64,000 nt of DNA from the IMG/VR virus record IMGVR_UViG_3300032234_001062, positions 1 through 64,000 of that record; one strand, given 5' to 3'. A program made the position numbers and the translations under genes. Position 1 is the stretch's first letter, and each line of letters opens with the position of its first letter. The notes under the pieces are model-generated. The model saw nothing but the letters and a program-made list of their open reading frames with translations, did no database searches and had not been told where the DNA came from. This DNA is from a virus (lineage: Duplodnaviria; Caudoviricetes). Positions 8,452-18,602 of the stretch are shown one piece after another.

Positions 8452-9963
8452 TTAAGAAGTTAAGTATATTTTTGTTTTTGCTGGTGTAATTCCATTTGGT
8501 TCAAATAAAATTTGAGTAAAAAAATCACTAGTTCCAGATGCATTAGATGTAAGAATTCTAGTTAACATTCCTGATGTACCAGATGGATTTCCTGAACCAC
8601 CTGTTAAATCTATATCAACTGGACTAGTATTATTAATTGTAAATAACCAAGCTGATCCAGTTTGAGCTCTAGGAAGAGAAGTGGTTCCACCTGTTAGTCC
8701 ACCTTTACCTGGCCTAATTTTTATAGAAGATGATATTGTTCCAGCAGCATAAATAGAAAGATGAGCTCCACCAGTTCCACCTCCTGCTCCACCATTACCA
8801 CCACTTCCACCAGGTGATCCAGGTAATCCATTAGAATATCCTGCAGAATATCCTTCACCGTATTCTATTCCATCATAATAAAGATAATTTCCCCAATAAT
8901 CTAATCCTACTACTTTACCAGTACCACCTGCTCCACCAGAAGTACCAGCACTACCTAATGAATTAGTACTAGGAGTACCTATACCAGTGTAAGGAGTAGA
9001 TAAAGTTCCAGCAGATCCACCATTAGTACCAGAAATTCCTGTAGATGCTGAACCGCCTGACCTATTTGGTATCAACCCGCTTCCTAATGTATATGTAGCA
9101 TTTTGTCCAACACCACCTGCTCCTCCTCCACCAGCACCATAAGCATACATAGGAAATGTAGAATGTGGACCATTATAACTATAACCACTCCCTCCAACAT
9201 TTCCATTTCCACTACTACCTCCTGGAAAACTAGGTCCAAAATATTGACCATTATCCATTGAAATATTACTAGAAGATCCTCCACCTCCACCAGCTGTTCC
9301 TCTACCTCCTGGACCACCACTACCACTAGAAACACCATATTCGACTGGCATAGATATAGCTGATCCACCAGCACCATTAGGCCAAGTAGAAGGAGAAGCA
9401 GTACCTGCAGGAGTAGGAGTAAAAAGAAGTCCGCCACTTCCCCCTGTTCCTCCTGGACCACCTACACCAGCAGCTCCACCATTGGTTCCATCAGGAGAAA
9501 TAATTGTGCCACTACCTAAAATATTTCCTCTTACTATGAGAGGAGTTCTGATAAGATTAACTATACAACCAGATGCAATAGTAAGATTTCCTTGAACCTC
9601 TAAAATTGACCATTGAGCAGTTCCAAAAGAGTTTGATCTAACATTAAGGACAGTATTTGTTCCAGACACAACTAGATCATTAACTATTCCAGTATTTCCA
9701 CCTAGAGAAATAGTATTAGGAGAAGAAAAAACAATACTATTTAAATCTGTTTTAAAAGAATTAGTATAATTTACTAAGTTTATTTTAGATTTAAAAGATG
9801 CTGTAGTAGGATCTACCCAAATTGCGCCATCTAAATCTTCTGACGGAGTTATTATAGGTATAGATATTTGTTCTTTAAAATTTATATTAGTATTTATTTT
9901 TATTTCATTAGCAGTTTCAGTTACATTTTGAATTTCACCAAAATTTAATTTTGTTAATCCCAT
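8452..9963 (-). CDS. Glycine-rich putative tail adhesin, paralog 3
   Basis: Same architecture; DNA 9294-9369 is 71/76 identical to 7741-7816. Confidence 0.65.
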   Translation of the reverse strand: MGLTKLNFGEIQNVTETANEIKINTNINFKEQISIPIITPSEDLDGAIWVDPTTASFKSKINLVNYTNSFKTDLNSIVFSSPNTISLGGNTGIVNDLVVSGTNTVLNVRSNSFGTAQWSILEVQGNLTIASGCIVNLIRTPLIVRGNILGSGTIISPDGTNGGAAGVGGPGGTGGSGGLLFTPTPAGTASPSTWPNGAGGSAISMPVEYGVSSGSGGPGGRGTAGGGGGSSSNISMDNGQYFGPSFPGGSSGNGNVGGSGYSYNGPHSTFPMYAYGAGGGGAGGVGQNATYTLGSGLIPNRSGGSASTGISGTNGGSAGTLSTPYTGIGTPSTNSLGSAGTSGGAGGTGKVVGLDYWGNYLYYDGIEYGEGYSAGYSNGLPGSPGGSGGNGGAGGGTGGAHLSIYAAGTISSSIKIRPGKGGLTGGTTSLPRAQTGSAWLFTINNTSPVDIDLTGGSGNPSGTSGMLTRILTSNASGTSDFFTQILFEPNGITPAKTKIYLTS

Positions 9964-9990
9964 ATAATTATTTTATTATCCTATTTAAAA

Positions 9991-10245
9991 TTATTGATCA
10001 TAATTTGAATTTAAATTATAATTATCATCACTATAAATATATTTAAAATTTTGATAATCATCTGGTAAAGATTCTACTTCTAATATTCTATAATTATTAT
10101 CATTAGTGTTTCTAATATAATAAAATCCATATGTATCTTCATTAACTATTACTTTAATCAAATTTTCATTATTATAATTTTCATTATAAATATCAATTCC
10201 TGTAGAAATAACTAAATTATTTTTATCTATTACTATTTTTTTCAT
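9991..10245 (-). CDS. Small tail-fibre-associated protein (DUF2977/XkdW-like)
   Basis: VESLPDDYQNFKYIY…NLNSNY pattern typical of small fibre-associated proteins; coupled to the upstream fibre gene. Confidence 0.45.
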   Translation of the reverse strand: MKKIVIDKNNLVISTGIDIYNENYNNENLIKVIVNEDTYGFYYIRNTNDNNYRILEVESLPDDYQNFKYIYSDDNYNLNSNYDQ

Positions 10246-12494
10246 GTTCTTATCACTACTCCATAGGTTTGATTTGTTTGAGAAGGTATATCTGATAGTA
10301 TGTATCTATAGTTATATGTTTTTGAACCTAATTCTAAAATTGAAAAACCAGAAACACTATAGGTTGTACCTAATATTTCTATGGTACTAAAAAAATTAGT
10401 TTGACTAATACTATCAGGTCCTTGTATAACAATATCTAAAAAATTTCCAACTTCTAGCCATTCCATTCCATTCAATGGAGTATATCCAGGAGGAGATGCT
10501 CCATTTATGTTTTTTGTAAAATTTATTGAAATAAATCTATAAGTTTTATCATTAATTATTATATTACTAGGAGTTATTGAACTTGAATTAAGAGTGGTCT
10601 TATAAGTATTTACATCTATATATAATGTTACTTCGTATGGAAATAATTGAATTACTCCAAATTCAGTCCATAATTCAAATCTGTAACGAGTTTCTTTTCT
10701 AAACCATGTATAACTTTTAGTTGACGAATTACTAACAAAACTTGTTTGAATTCTTCTAAGAGCTAAAATTGTTGATGTTATTATTTTTGAAGTATCGTTA
10801 GGATTATCCACAAATACTTCAAATGAATATGTTCCACCAGTTTTTATTTTTTGAGGATTAATATTAAATATTCCATTAGAACTATTAAATTCAAAAACAT
10901 CTGGTTCGAAATTTGAATTTAATAATCTAAATTCATAAGGTCCTGTAGAATCTACTTTTGGTTCAAAAGTGGTTATATTATTTGGATCATCAATAATAAA
11001 ACTATATTTTTCAGAAAAATCTCCAGAACCTTTAATATAATAATAAAATGAATCAATAGTTATTTTACCAACAGTAAAAGATATTGTTATTTCTGTTTTA
11101 AAACTTTCACCAGTTGATTGATTAAAAACTGTAATTACTCTACTGATTTTTTCTATACTAGAATATTTACCATAAATTACTCCATTAGTTGGATTAAGAT
11201 TAATTCCAGAAGGAAAAGGAATATCTATTGTATAAATATTATGAATATTAACATTAATTATAGGACTAATTCCAAAATCAGCATTAATAACAAAAGATAT
11301 TTCACTTTCATTTTCTTTTAAGTATGAAAATTCAGTTATTATTGTTTTATTAAAATAACGATCTAATGAAATTTGAAGAGAATTAATTCCGAGAGGTCTA
11401 GTATTAAATATATTACTTGTTCCAGCAGTCGCACTAGAACATCCAATAAAATTATTATGTTTTTTATTCCAAATAATTCCTGACATTGTTTTATTATTAA
11501 AACTGCTAGTTAAAGATCTTAGTGTCCAATTTTTACCATCGCTTGATGTTATAAATATAGGTGAACTAGAACCAGATGCTACTGCAATAAACATCTCTAA
11601 TTCTGGACTCCATGATACTGAGGTCAATGCAAGAGTATTAATTGAAGCAGAAATACCATCGTTAATCCAATTTTGTCCATCACTACTGTATATTAATCTA
11701 TGAGAACCAGAGTTAGCAACTAATATAAATAAATTTAATTTTGGAGAATATGTTGAATCTTGCCAAGCATTATTAGCTTTAACTAAAGTATCATTTCTAG
11801 CACTACCCCAAGTGTTCCCATCATTATTAGAATATATAATTCTTGAAGAAGTTATTCCAGTTATACTATTAGCTGCTACGATAAAAGTTCCATTTCCATA
11901 AGTAATAGTTTTCCATGTAGGACTCAAATTAAAAACTGAACTTGGAGCAGTATCTAATCTCCAGTTTATTCCATCTCTAGAGATAATTATTCTTTTTAAA
12001 TCCAATAGTTGGCTGATTCTTGTACTCGATACAGCAATAAATAAACCACCTTCATATACAATATCTTCCCAATTAAGAGCTGGAAATCCATTTGTTATAT
12101 TACCAGGTTCAATCTGAGTTCTAAATCCAGTTGTAATCCAATCTCCAGCAGCAATTGGATTTTTTTTGTTTGAATACATTGCAAAATTATTTCCTACTAC
12201 AACAAATCTTGCTAATTCTTTACTGTATGCAATACTTCTCATTGATGTTGAACCTACAGATATTGAACTCCAAGAATTTCCACCATTACTAGAATAATTT
12301 ATAATTGCTGCAATTGAAGAGATGACAAAAATTAATCCATCTTCATTAATTGCTAATGTACTCCAACTTGTACTAGAGGGAGTTGATATTGATGAATTCC
12401 AACTATCAGAATAAAATCCAGTAAATGTTTTTATATGATTATCATATAAATTTTTTTTAATATTTATTAGATTTTGATTTAATTTTATTGACAT
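10242..12494 (-). CDS. Putative tail fibre/RBP: BNR (Asp-box)/WSPEL-type beta-propeller plus Ig-like domains plus tip domain
   Basis: SRDGINW, SNNDGNTW, SSDGQNW, VSWSPELEMFIAV repeats; PFPSGINLNPTNGVIYG (He_PIG-like). Confidence 0.65.
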   Translation of the reverse strand: MSIKLNQNLINIKKNLYDNHIKTFTGFYSDSWNSSISTPSSTSWSTLAINEDGLIFVISSIAAIINYSSNGGNSWSSISVGSTSMRSIAYSKELARFVVVGNNFAMYSNKKNPIAAGDWITTGFRTQIEPGNITNGFPALNWEDIVYEGGLFIAVSSTRISQLLDLKRIIISRDGINWRLDTAPSSVFNLSPTWKTITYGNGTFIVAANSITGITSSRIIYSNNDGNTWGSARNDTLVKANNAWQDSTYSPKLNLFILVANSGSHRLIYSSDGQNWINDGISASINTLALTSVSWSPELEMFIAVASGSSSPIFITSSDGKNWTLRSLTSSFNNKTMSGIIWNKKHNNFIGCSSATAGTSNIFNTRPLGINSLQISLDRYFNKTIITEFSYLKENESEISFVINADFGISPIINVNIHNIYTIDIPFPSGINLNPTNGVIYGKYSSIEKISRVITVFNQSTGESFKTEITISFTVGKITIDSFYYYIKGSGDFSEKYSFIIDDPNNITTFEPKVDSTGPYEFRLLNSNFEPDVFEFNSSNGIFNINPQKIKTGGTYSFEVFVDNPNDTSKIITSTILALRRIQTSFVSNSSTKSYTWFRKETRYRFELWTEFGVIQLFPYEVTLYIDVNTYKTTLNSSSITPSNIIINDKTYRFISINFTKNINGASPPGYTPLNGMEWLEVGNFLDIVIQGPDSISQTNFFSTIEILGTTYSVSGFSILELGSKTYNYRYILSDIPSQTNQTYGVVIRT

Positions 12495-12500
12495 ATAATA

Positions 12501-12508
12501 TATTTTTA
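12501..12508 (-). promoter_or_regulatory. TAAAAATA motif 6 nt upstream of SD-less ATG 12494
   Basis: TAAAAATA-TATTAT-ATG. Confidence 0.35.
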
Positions 12509-12524
12509 ATTCTTAAGCTTTTTT

Positions 12525-15500
12525 TTATTCAATAAAAATATTGATTTTTTTTGAAGCGTATTCTCCAATATAATAATAATTTGAAATCTGATTTGAAATC
12601 GTAGTGTTTCCTCCAGCAGCAACTAGGAGTCCTAATTCTGGATTAAAATCAATAGAAAATAAAGTAGTTGAAACATCATAAGCAGTCCAACTTATTGCAT
12701 CTTCACTAATAATTACCTTAGCATTATTGTTATCTAAGACTATAAAACAATTTAACTGTGAAACCCATATTATTTTTGAACCATTAAATGTAACATTAGA
12801 TATTGTCCAATTAATTCCATTTGAACTTTTTATAATTTTATTATCAGCAACACTTATAGCAACAAAAAGATTTAATTCTGGACTCCAAGTAATACTACGC
12901 CAAGCACTACTGCTTACATATAATGAATCACTAAAATTCCAATCAATTCCATTATAACTATACATTATGAGATTATCAAATCTTCTTGCTGCAATAACAA
13001 ACATATTTAATTCTGAACTCCAAATAATTGAACTCCAAAAATTTGAAGTACCAGTAGAAACTGGTTTTGTACCAGCCAACCAATTTTTTCCATCATAACT
13101 AATTATAGTATTATTACCAACACCTATAATAATAAAAATTCCTAGTTCTGGACTCCAAGCAATAGAGTCGAAATAATTTAATTGAATATTAGAAGCAACA
13201 TTTGCTTTTTTCCAATTAATACCATCTGAACTATATATAAAAAATGGCTTATCATAATTTTGATTTTCAACTGTCCAACCTGAAATTCTTCCTATAGCGA
13301 TAAAAATTCCTAATTCTGGACTCCAAGTAGCACAATTAAATCCATATGATGTATTTTGAGGATCATTCGGATTAAATTCATCTATAAACTCAAGTGATTG
13401 AGCATAATTCCAATTAACTCCATCTATACTATTAATTATTTTAAAGTTTGGATTAGATGAATTAATAGAAGTAGTTTGAGTACCACTAAAAGCAACAAAA
13501 ATATTTAATTCTCTACTATAAACTAAATTACCTATATTTCCCCAAAATGATGTAGTAGGATTATTTCTAGTAATCCAATTATTTGCATAATTATTATAAG
13601 GTTCTTGTAAATTATCTGGTATGTATTTTAATATCCATCCATAATCAGAAATTGATTGTATTCCTGATTGAAATGGTCCAGGAAAATTCCATGTCCATTT
13701 TGTATATTTTTTATTATTAATTTCATAGTTAGAATAATTAGAGTAATTATATCCTCTTCCTGTTCCAGAATTATAAGTTGAATTATTAACAATAAATTTA
13801 GTTGAATCACTTTGAAGTCCAATTTTTATTGATTTTAAAATTATTTCTGGAAAGAAATATCCTCCAGAAATTATAAAAGAAAATGAAGGTCCACTAGTAG
13901 ACCATTCATAATAAATTGATTCAATAACATATGATCCGAACGAATTATTAATTATCGAACCTATAGATGAATTAATAAAACCTTCTTTTTTAATGTTATT
14001 AATATTATTATATCCAGTATTTATGCTTGAATTAGAATATATATTTCTTATTCTAAAAGTTGTAGAGGTAGAACCAGAAGTATTTCTAGCGGTTATAGTA
14101 TAAGTTATATCATTAGAATATGGTAATGTAGTTCCAGAAATATTTCCATTAATTTCATTAATAGATAAATAATTTAGTGGTAATTGAGGTGAAATAGAAT
14201 AATCTATTGAATATCCATTAGTAAGAACTGGAGTAGATGAAATACTACTTCCTACAAAAGGAGTTATGGTTGAAGGAGTATAATTTAATGCTGATGGGGC
14301 TGATATGTTTAATGAATTAATTCCTGTAATATAAAAAATATTATCTTTTATAGGAAAATAATTTATTAAATCATCTACAAGCCAAATAAATTGAGTGTTT
14401 CCATTAACATCTAATTGTTTTGTAGCATTAGAAAAAGAAAAAGTATATGAATTTAGAGTTAAAGATTGTAAAATATTTAAAGTATAATTTCCTACTACAG
14501 TAAAAATTAATTCTTTTTTATAATATAAAATTTCATTTTCTTTATAAAAAATTCTTCTTGTTGCTAATGTTAAAATGTTATTAAAAACCATTTTAGCATT
14601 ATTATCGTAAAAATAATTTTTTTCTATTTTTCCACCAATAATATTTGGATTGTTATAAAAATAAGAAACATATCCTAACCATTCACCTTCTGTTGATATA
14701 TCTCCTCTTAAATCTCCACCTTGAATAACTGTATTTAAAACTCTTACTGTTAAATTTATAATTTTTTGAACAGAATTTAATGAATTTTGAACTGTAATTC
14801 TATATGCTACATTAGGTTGAACAGTGGTTGGTATTCCACTTATAAATCCATTTAATGTATTGAAGTTTATTCCATAAGGAAAAGAATTAGAATTACTTAC
14901 ACCAATTATTGAATAACTAAAAGTATAATCAGTTCCTTGATTAATTATTGGATATAAATTTATTTCATCTATTAAATCAATGATAATATTATCATTAGAA
15001 TATTCTAAATTTGAAATTGATTCCATAGTATTTGAAATGTAAATACTTACATTTGAAAAAATTACTTGACTACCAGATGTTGCTAAAATTTTATATGTTT
15101 TATTACTTTGAGCAACTGTAGGGGTTCCATTAATTTCTCCAGTAAAAGAATTTAATGTAATTCCTGTAGGTAAAGATTCATCGCAAGAAAAAATAAAATT
15201 ATTTAATTCACTTAATATTGGAAAAGTATTAAAAAAGCTTCCAATTGATGTTCTTATTGAAGAGTTATAATAATTAAAAGTCAATAAATTTGAATTTTCT
15301 ATTAAATCATAATAATATCTTTTTTCTAGAAAATGATTTTTTCCAGAAATTCTAGAAACCAAAATTCTAGTATTTGTTGTACCATTACTAGATAAAATTA
15401 CAAAACTTCCATACTTTCTATTCCAAATTCCAGTTGTCCATGTATTTGCATTTAATAAATTTCTTGCTGTCCAAATATTAGAATCTGTTGAAGATAAAGA

Positions 15501-16430
15501 ATGACCAGTAAATGCCAAAGTTGTTCCTGTACCTGTACTTGCAATTAATGCTATTAATTCTAATTCTTGACTCCAAATTATTGATTGAAAATTATTAGTT
15601 CCATTAAAAGCAACAGTAGTCCAAGTAATTCCATCTAATGAACTAATTATTTTTCCATTATTTCCAGCTGCAATAAATGATTTTAATTTAGATGACCATA
15701 TAACAGTATTAAGTCTGAAATTTATTGTAACTAGATCAGATGTAATATTAGATGATAAGAACCAAGAACTAGAAAAACTTGGATTAAAATTAGAATATGC
15801 TATTCTTCCTGATCCGTCATTAGAAACAATTACGAATCTTCTTAATTCTGGACTATATGCTATTGAATCCCATGAAACATTATTGAATATAGATGAATTT
15901 ATACTTATCCAAATAACTCCATTTAAACTTATCATTACACGATTCGTACCACTACTAGCAACAGCAACAAAATATCCGTTTCCATAAGTTATTGCTTCCC
16001 AATTATTATTTTCTATCCCCGAAGTCGCAAATGAAAAATCAGTTGTTAATGTAGGTACTGCTTGATTAGTTCCACTAGAATATAAAACTCTCATTGATGT
16101 TGTACTACCAGACGCAGTTACTCCGACAAATCTTCCTGCCCCAAAAGTTATACCTTTCCAGTTATTAGTACCACTTGTTAATGTAATATTTGTCCATGTT
16201 TCTCCACCATTACTTGAATATACTAATGCATTTGTTCCAGTTGTTGCAGCAGTATTACTAACAGCTAACATATGACCATCACTTTCATTAATAGCAATAC
16301 TAGTCCAAGGAGAATCAGCAGCTGCTTTTGTTCCTAAAGTATCAAAATAAAAACCACTATATGTTTTAACATCATTATTATAAGTTGATTCTTGATTAGT
16401 TGGTAATGTTTGATTTAATTTAATTGGCAT
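12525..16430 (-). CDS. Putative tail fibre/RBP: two WSPEL/BNR propellers, three He_PIG-like Ig domains, two tip-like domains
   Basis: About 11 W/YSxEL-type repeats (WSPELGIFIAI etc.); LPTGITLNSFTGEINGTPT, FPYGINFNTLNGFISGIPT, LPLNYLSINEINGNISGTT. Confidence 0.7.
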   Translation of the reverse strand: MPIKLNQTLPTNQESTYNNDVKTYSGFYFDTLGTKAAADSPWTSIAINESDGHMLAVSNTAATTGTNALVYSSNGGETWTNITLTSGTNNWKGITFGAGRFVGVTASGSTTSMRVLYSSGTNQAVPTLTTDFSFATSGIENNNWEAITYGNGYFVAVASSGTNRVMISLNGVIWISINSSIFNNVSWDSIAYSPELRRFVIVSNDGSGRIAYSNFNPSFSSSWFLSSNITSDLVTINFRLNTVIWSSKLKSFIAAGNNGKIISSLDGITWTTVAFNGTNNFQSIIWSQELELIALIASTGTGTTLAFTGHSLSSTDSNIWTARNLLNANTWTTGIWNRKYGSFVILSSNGTTNTRILVSRISGKNHFLEKRYYYDLIENSNLLTFNYYNSSIRTSIGSFFNTFPILSELNNFIFSCDESLPTGITLNSFTGEINGTPTVAQSNKTYKILATSGSQVIFSNVSIYISNTMESISNLEYSNDNIIIDLIDEINLYPIINQGTDYTFSYSIIGVSNSNSFPYGINFNTLNGFISGIPTTVQPNVAYRITVQNSLNSVQKIINLTVRVLNTVIQGGDLRGDISTEGEWLGYVSYFYNNPNIIGGKIEKNYFYDNNAKMVFNNILTLATRRIFYKENEILYYKKELIFTVVGNYTLNILQSLTLNSYTFSFSNATKQLDVNGNTQFIWLVDDLINYFPIKDNIFYITGINSLNISAPSALNYTPSTITPFVGSSISSTPVLTNGYSIDYSISPQLPLNYLSINEINGNISGTTLPYSNDITYTITARNTSGSTSTTFRIRNIYSNSSINTGYNNINNIKKEGFINSSIGSIINNSFGSYVIESIYYEWSTSGPSFSFIISGGYFFPEIILKSIKIGLQSDSTKFIVNNSTYNSGTGRGYNYSNYSNYEINNKKYTKWTWNFPGPFQSGIQSISDYGWILKYIPDNLQEPYNNYANNWITRNNPTTSFWGNIGNLVYSRELNIFVAFSGTQTTSINSSNPNFKIINSIDGVNWNYAQSLEFIDEFNPNDPQNTSYGFNCATWSPELGIFIAIGRISGWTVENQNYDKPFFIYSSDGINWKKANVASNIQLNYFDSIAWSPELGIFIIIGVGNNTIISYDGKNWLAGTKPVSTGTSNFWSSIIWSSELNMFVIAARRFDNLIMYSYNGIDWNFSDSLYVSSSAWRSITWSPELNLFVAISVADNKIIKSSNGINWTISNVTFNGSKIIWVSQLNCFIVLDNNNAKVIISEDAISWTAYDVSTTLFSIDFNPELGLLVAAGGNTTISNQISNYYYIGEYASKKINIFIE

Positions 16431-16439
16431 TTTTTAAAC

Positions 16440-18572
16440 TCACGTATTATTAATAATAATTTCGGTTAATTCATTTTGAAAAAAATTAGGATTAAAAGAT
16501 TGATTAAATTTATAAATTGTAGAATCTGTAGAAGAATCATAAAAAACTTCTGCTGTACTTTTTAAAAATATATTTCCTCTAAAAATTAATTTAGTCCAAT
16601 TAATAACTGGATTACCAGTTTTTAAATCTCCTTTTATTTCTAAAATTAGAAAATTTTCATAAGTAGTATTTGTTGATTTTCTTATTCTATAATATGTTAT
16701 AATACTTTTAATTAAATTAGGAAGAAAATTGTTATTACGATCAAAAAAGAAATTTTTAGATAATAATCCTTTATTTTTACCATAAAATTTATTACAATAA
16801 GAATTTTTAGAAATGTAACCTAAACTATAATCAAATAATTCTTCTTTTCTACCTTCTATAATTGCACTAGAATCTATAATTTCAATTTGTTCAGCTCTTA
16901 ATTTAAAATTTAAAACATTAGATGTAATTTTTATTTTAAATGTTTTATTTTTACCGATTAATGTATTACTAGCAGTTATTGTATATTCAGTTTCAGCAAA
17001 ATTTGTTGATAAAGAACCACTTATAATTCCAGAATCAACATCTAATAATAAACCAGTGGGAGCTGATGGAGAAATAGAATAACTTATATTTGTACCAGAA
17101 TCATAAGAAGGAACTAAAAAAATATTATTATCACTCCTATCTTTAATTAAAGACGTTTCAGAATAATTAAAATTAGTTATTTCAATTTCACTATTAGCAA
17201 CAAGAATTTGTAGATCAGAGTATATTTTTCGATTATCAACTTCTGATATAGCATATATCCTATAAGTTGTTAATTCTTGAGCAACTGTAGGTGTTCCAAT
17301 TATTTCTCCTGAATTTTTATCTAAAGTTAAACCTTTTGGAAAAAGATTATTTATAGCATCCTCTATTTCATCATTAAAAATTGAAAAATTAAATCTTCTT
17401 GATTCATTTATAATTGGATATATTTTATTTGATTTACCTACTGTAGTATATAATTTAGGAATAGTATAATTAAAATTATATAGAAAATCATTTATAGGTG
17501 CTAAATAATTATTTCTTTCTAATAAAGTATTATCACCTAATGCTCTAGTTAATATAATTCTATTAGTTCCACCATTTGCTAATGAAATAAAAGTTCCAAA
17601 AAATCTATTCCAAATTATAGTGCTAAAAGTAGCATCTAACGAAGAAGTTTCTCTAAAAATCCAATTAGTGCCATCAATAGATGTAATTACTTTTTTAGTT
17701 CCTAAAGTAGTTGAATTAGAAATTGCAACAAAGATTTCTAATTCTTGTGACCATGTAACTGATGTTAAAGTTAAAAGTATTGTTAAAGTTGATAAAATCC
17801 AAGTTATTCCATTACTAGATGTAGCTGTTACTCCACTATTACCTACCATTACAAATATATTTAATTTAGAACTCCAAATTACTGAATTCCATGTTCCACT
17901 AGGTAACGTAGTAGTTGCCCATGATTGACCATTATAATTTGAATATGCTCCACCAGAATTTGTAATTGCAACAAATCTTTTTAATTTTTCACTATAAGTA
18001 ATTGCTTTAAATGCTAATGAATCAGCACTATTAAAATATGACCATGTACTTCCATTCTTACTAGTCATTACACGATTAGTACCACTACTAGCAGCAGCAA
18101 CAAAATATCCATTTCCGTAAGTTATTACTTCCCAATTATTATTGTTAGTATTATTAATATATGAAAAATCATTTGTTGTAATTGGTTTTATTTTATTAGA
18201 AAAAAATATTTTAGATACGTTAGTTGTAGTTCCACTAGATGATATTCCAACAAAAATATCATTACCAAAAGCAACTCCTTTCCAGGCTGAATTAGAATTA
18301 CTTGATGGAGTTGTACTATTATTAAAATTTATCCAAATTAATCCACCATTATCTGAGTAAGCAAAATTATTTGCTACAGTATTTGTATTATTATTACTAA
18401 CAGCTATCATATGTCCAGTGGATTCATTTACTGCTATACTACTCCATGGTACAGCTGCAGATGCTGATCCAGTTATCCAATCATTAACATAAATGCCATT
18501 ATATGTTTCCATATAATTATCATATAATTGTTGTAATTCAACAATGAATTTTTTATTTAGCGTTATTGGCAT
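16440..18572 (-). CDS. Putative tail fibre/RBP: WSPEL/BNR propeller plus two He_PIG-like Ig domains plus tip domain
   Basis: Propeller paralogous to 12525..16430 (18064-18143 vs 15931-16010: 74/80 nt identical); FPKGLTLDKNSGEIIGTPT, APTGLLLDVDSGIISG. Confidence 0.7.
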   Translation of the reverse strand: MPITLNKKFIVELQQLYDNYMETYNGIYVNDWITGSASAAVPWSSIAVNESTGHMIAVSNNNTNTVANNFAYSDNGGLIWINFNNSTTPSSNSNSAWKGVAFGNDIFVGISSSGTTTNVSKIFFSNKIKPITTNDFSYINNTNNNNWEVITYGNGYFVAAASSGTNRVMTSKNGSTWSYFNSADSLAFKAITYSEKLKRFVAITNSGGAYSNYNGQSWATTTLPSGTWNSVIWSSKLNIFVMVGNSGVTATSSNGITWILSTLTILLTLTSVTWSQELEIFVAISNSTTLGTKKVITSIDGTNWIFRETSSLDATFSTIIWNRFFGTFISLANGGTNRIILTRALGDNTLLERNNYLAPINDFLYNFNYTIPKLYTTVGKSNKIYPIINESRRFNFSIFNDEIEDAINNLFPKGLTLDKNSGEIIGTPTVAQELTTYRIYAISEVDNRKIYSDLQILVANSEIEITNFNYSETSLIKDRSDNNIFLVPSYDSGTNISYSISPSAPTGLLLDVDSGIISGSLSTNFAETEYTITASNTLIGKNKTFKIKITSNVLNFKLRAEQIEIIDSSAIIEGRKEELFDYSLGYISKNSYCNKFYGKNKGLLSKNFFFDRNNNFLPNLIKSIITYYRIRKSTNTTYENFLILEIKGDLKTGNPVINWTKLIFRGNIFLKSTAEVFYDSSTDSTIYKFNQSFNPNFFQNELTEIIINNT

Positions 18573-18602
18573 ATATAATATATTTAATATTTAATATGTT
18601 TT

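Noticed and set aside
4986-9461. Alternate-frame ORFs 4986..5264, 7609..7818 and 9084..9461 with shared sequence
   Set aside because: They are by-products of GGT/GGA Gly codon runs (V/E-rich, stop-poor shifted frame); their similarity just mirrors the paralogous main frames.
4324-9963. Collagen triple-helix fibres
   Set aside because: There are no long uninterrupted Gly-X-Y runs; the GGx/GxG pattern fits polyglycine-II bundles better.
15931-18143. Near-identical blocks in fibre paralogs as a DGR TR/VR pair
   Set aside because: The six mismatches are mostly C/T on the coding strand, are not template-adenine-specific or directional, and no reverse transcriptase is present in the window.
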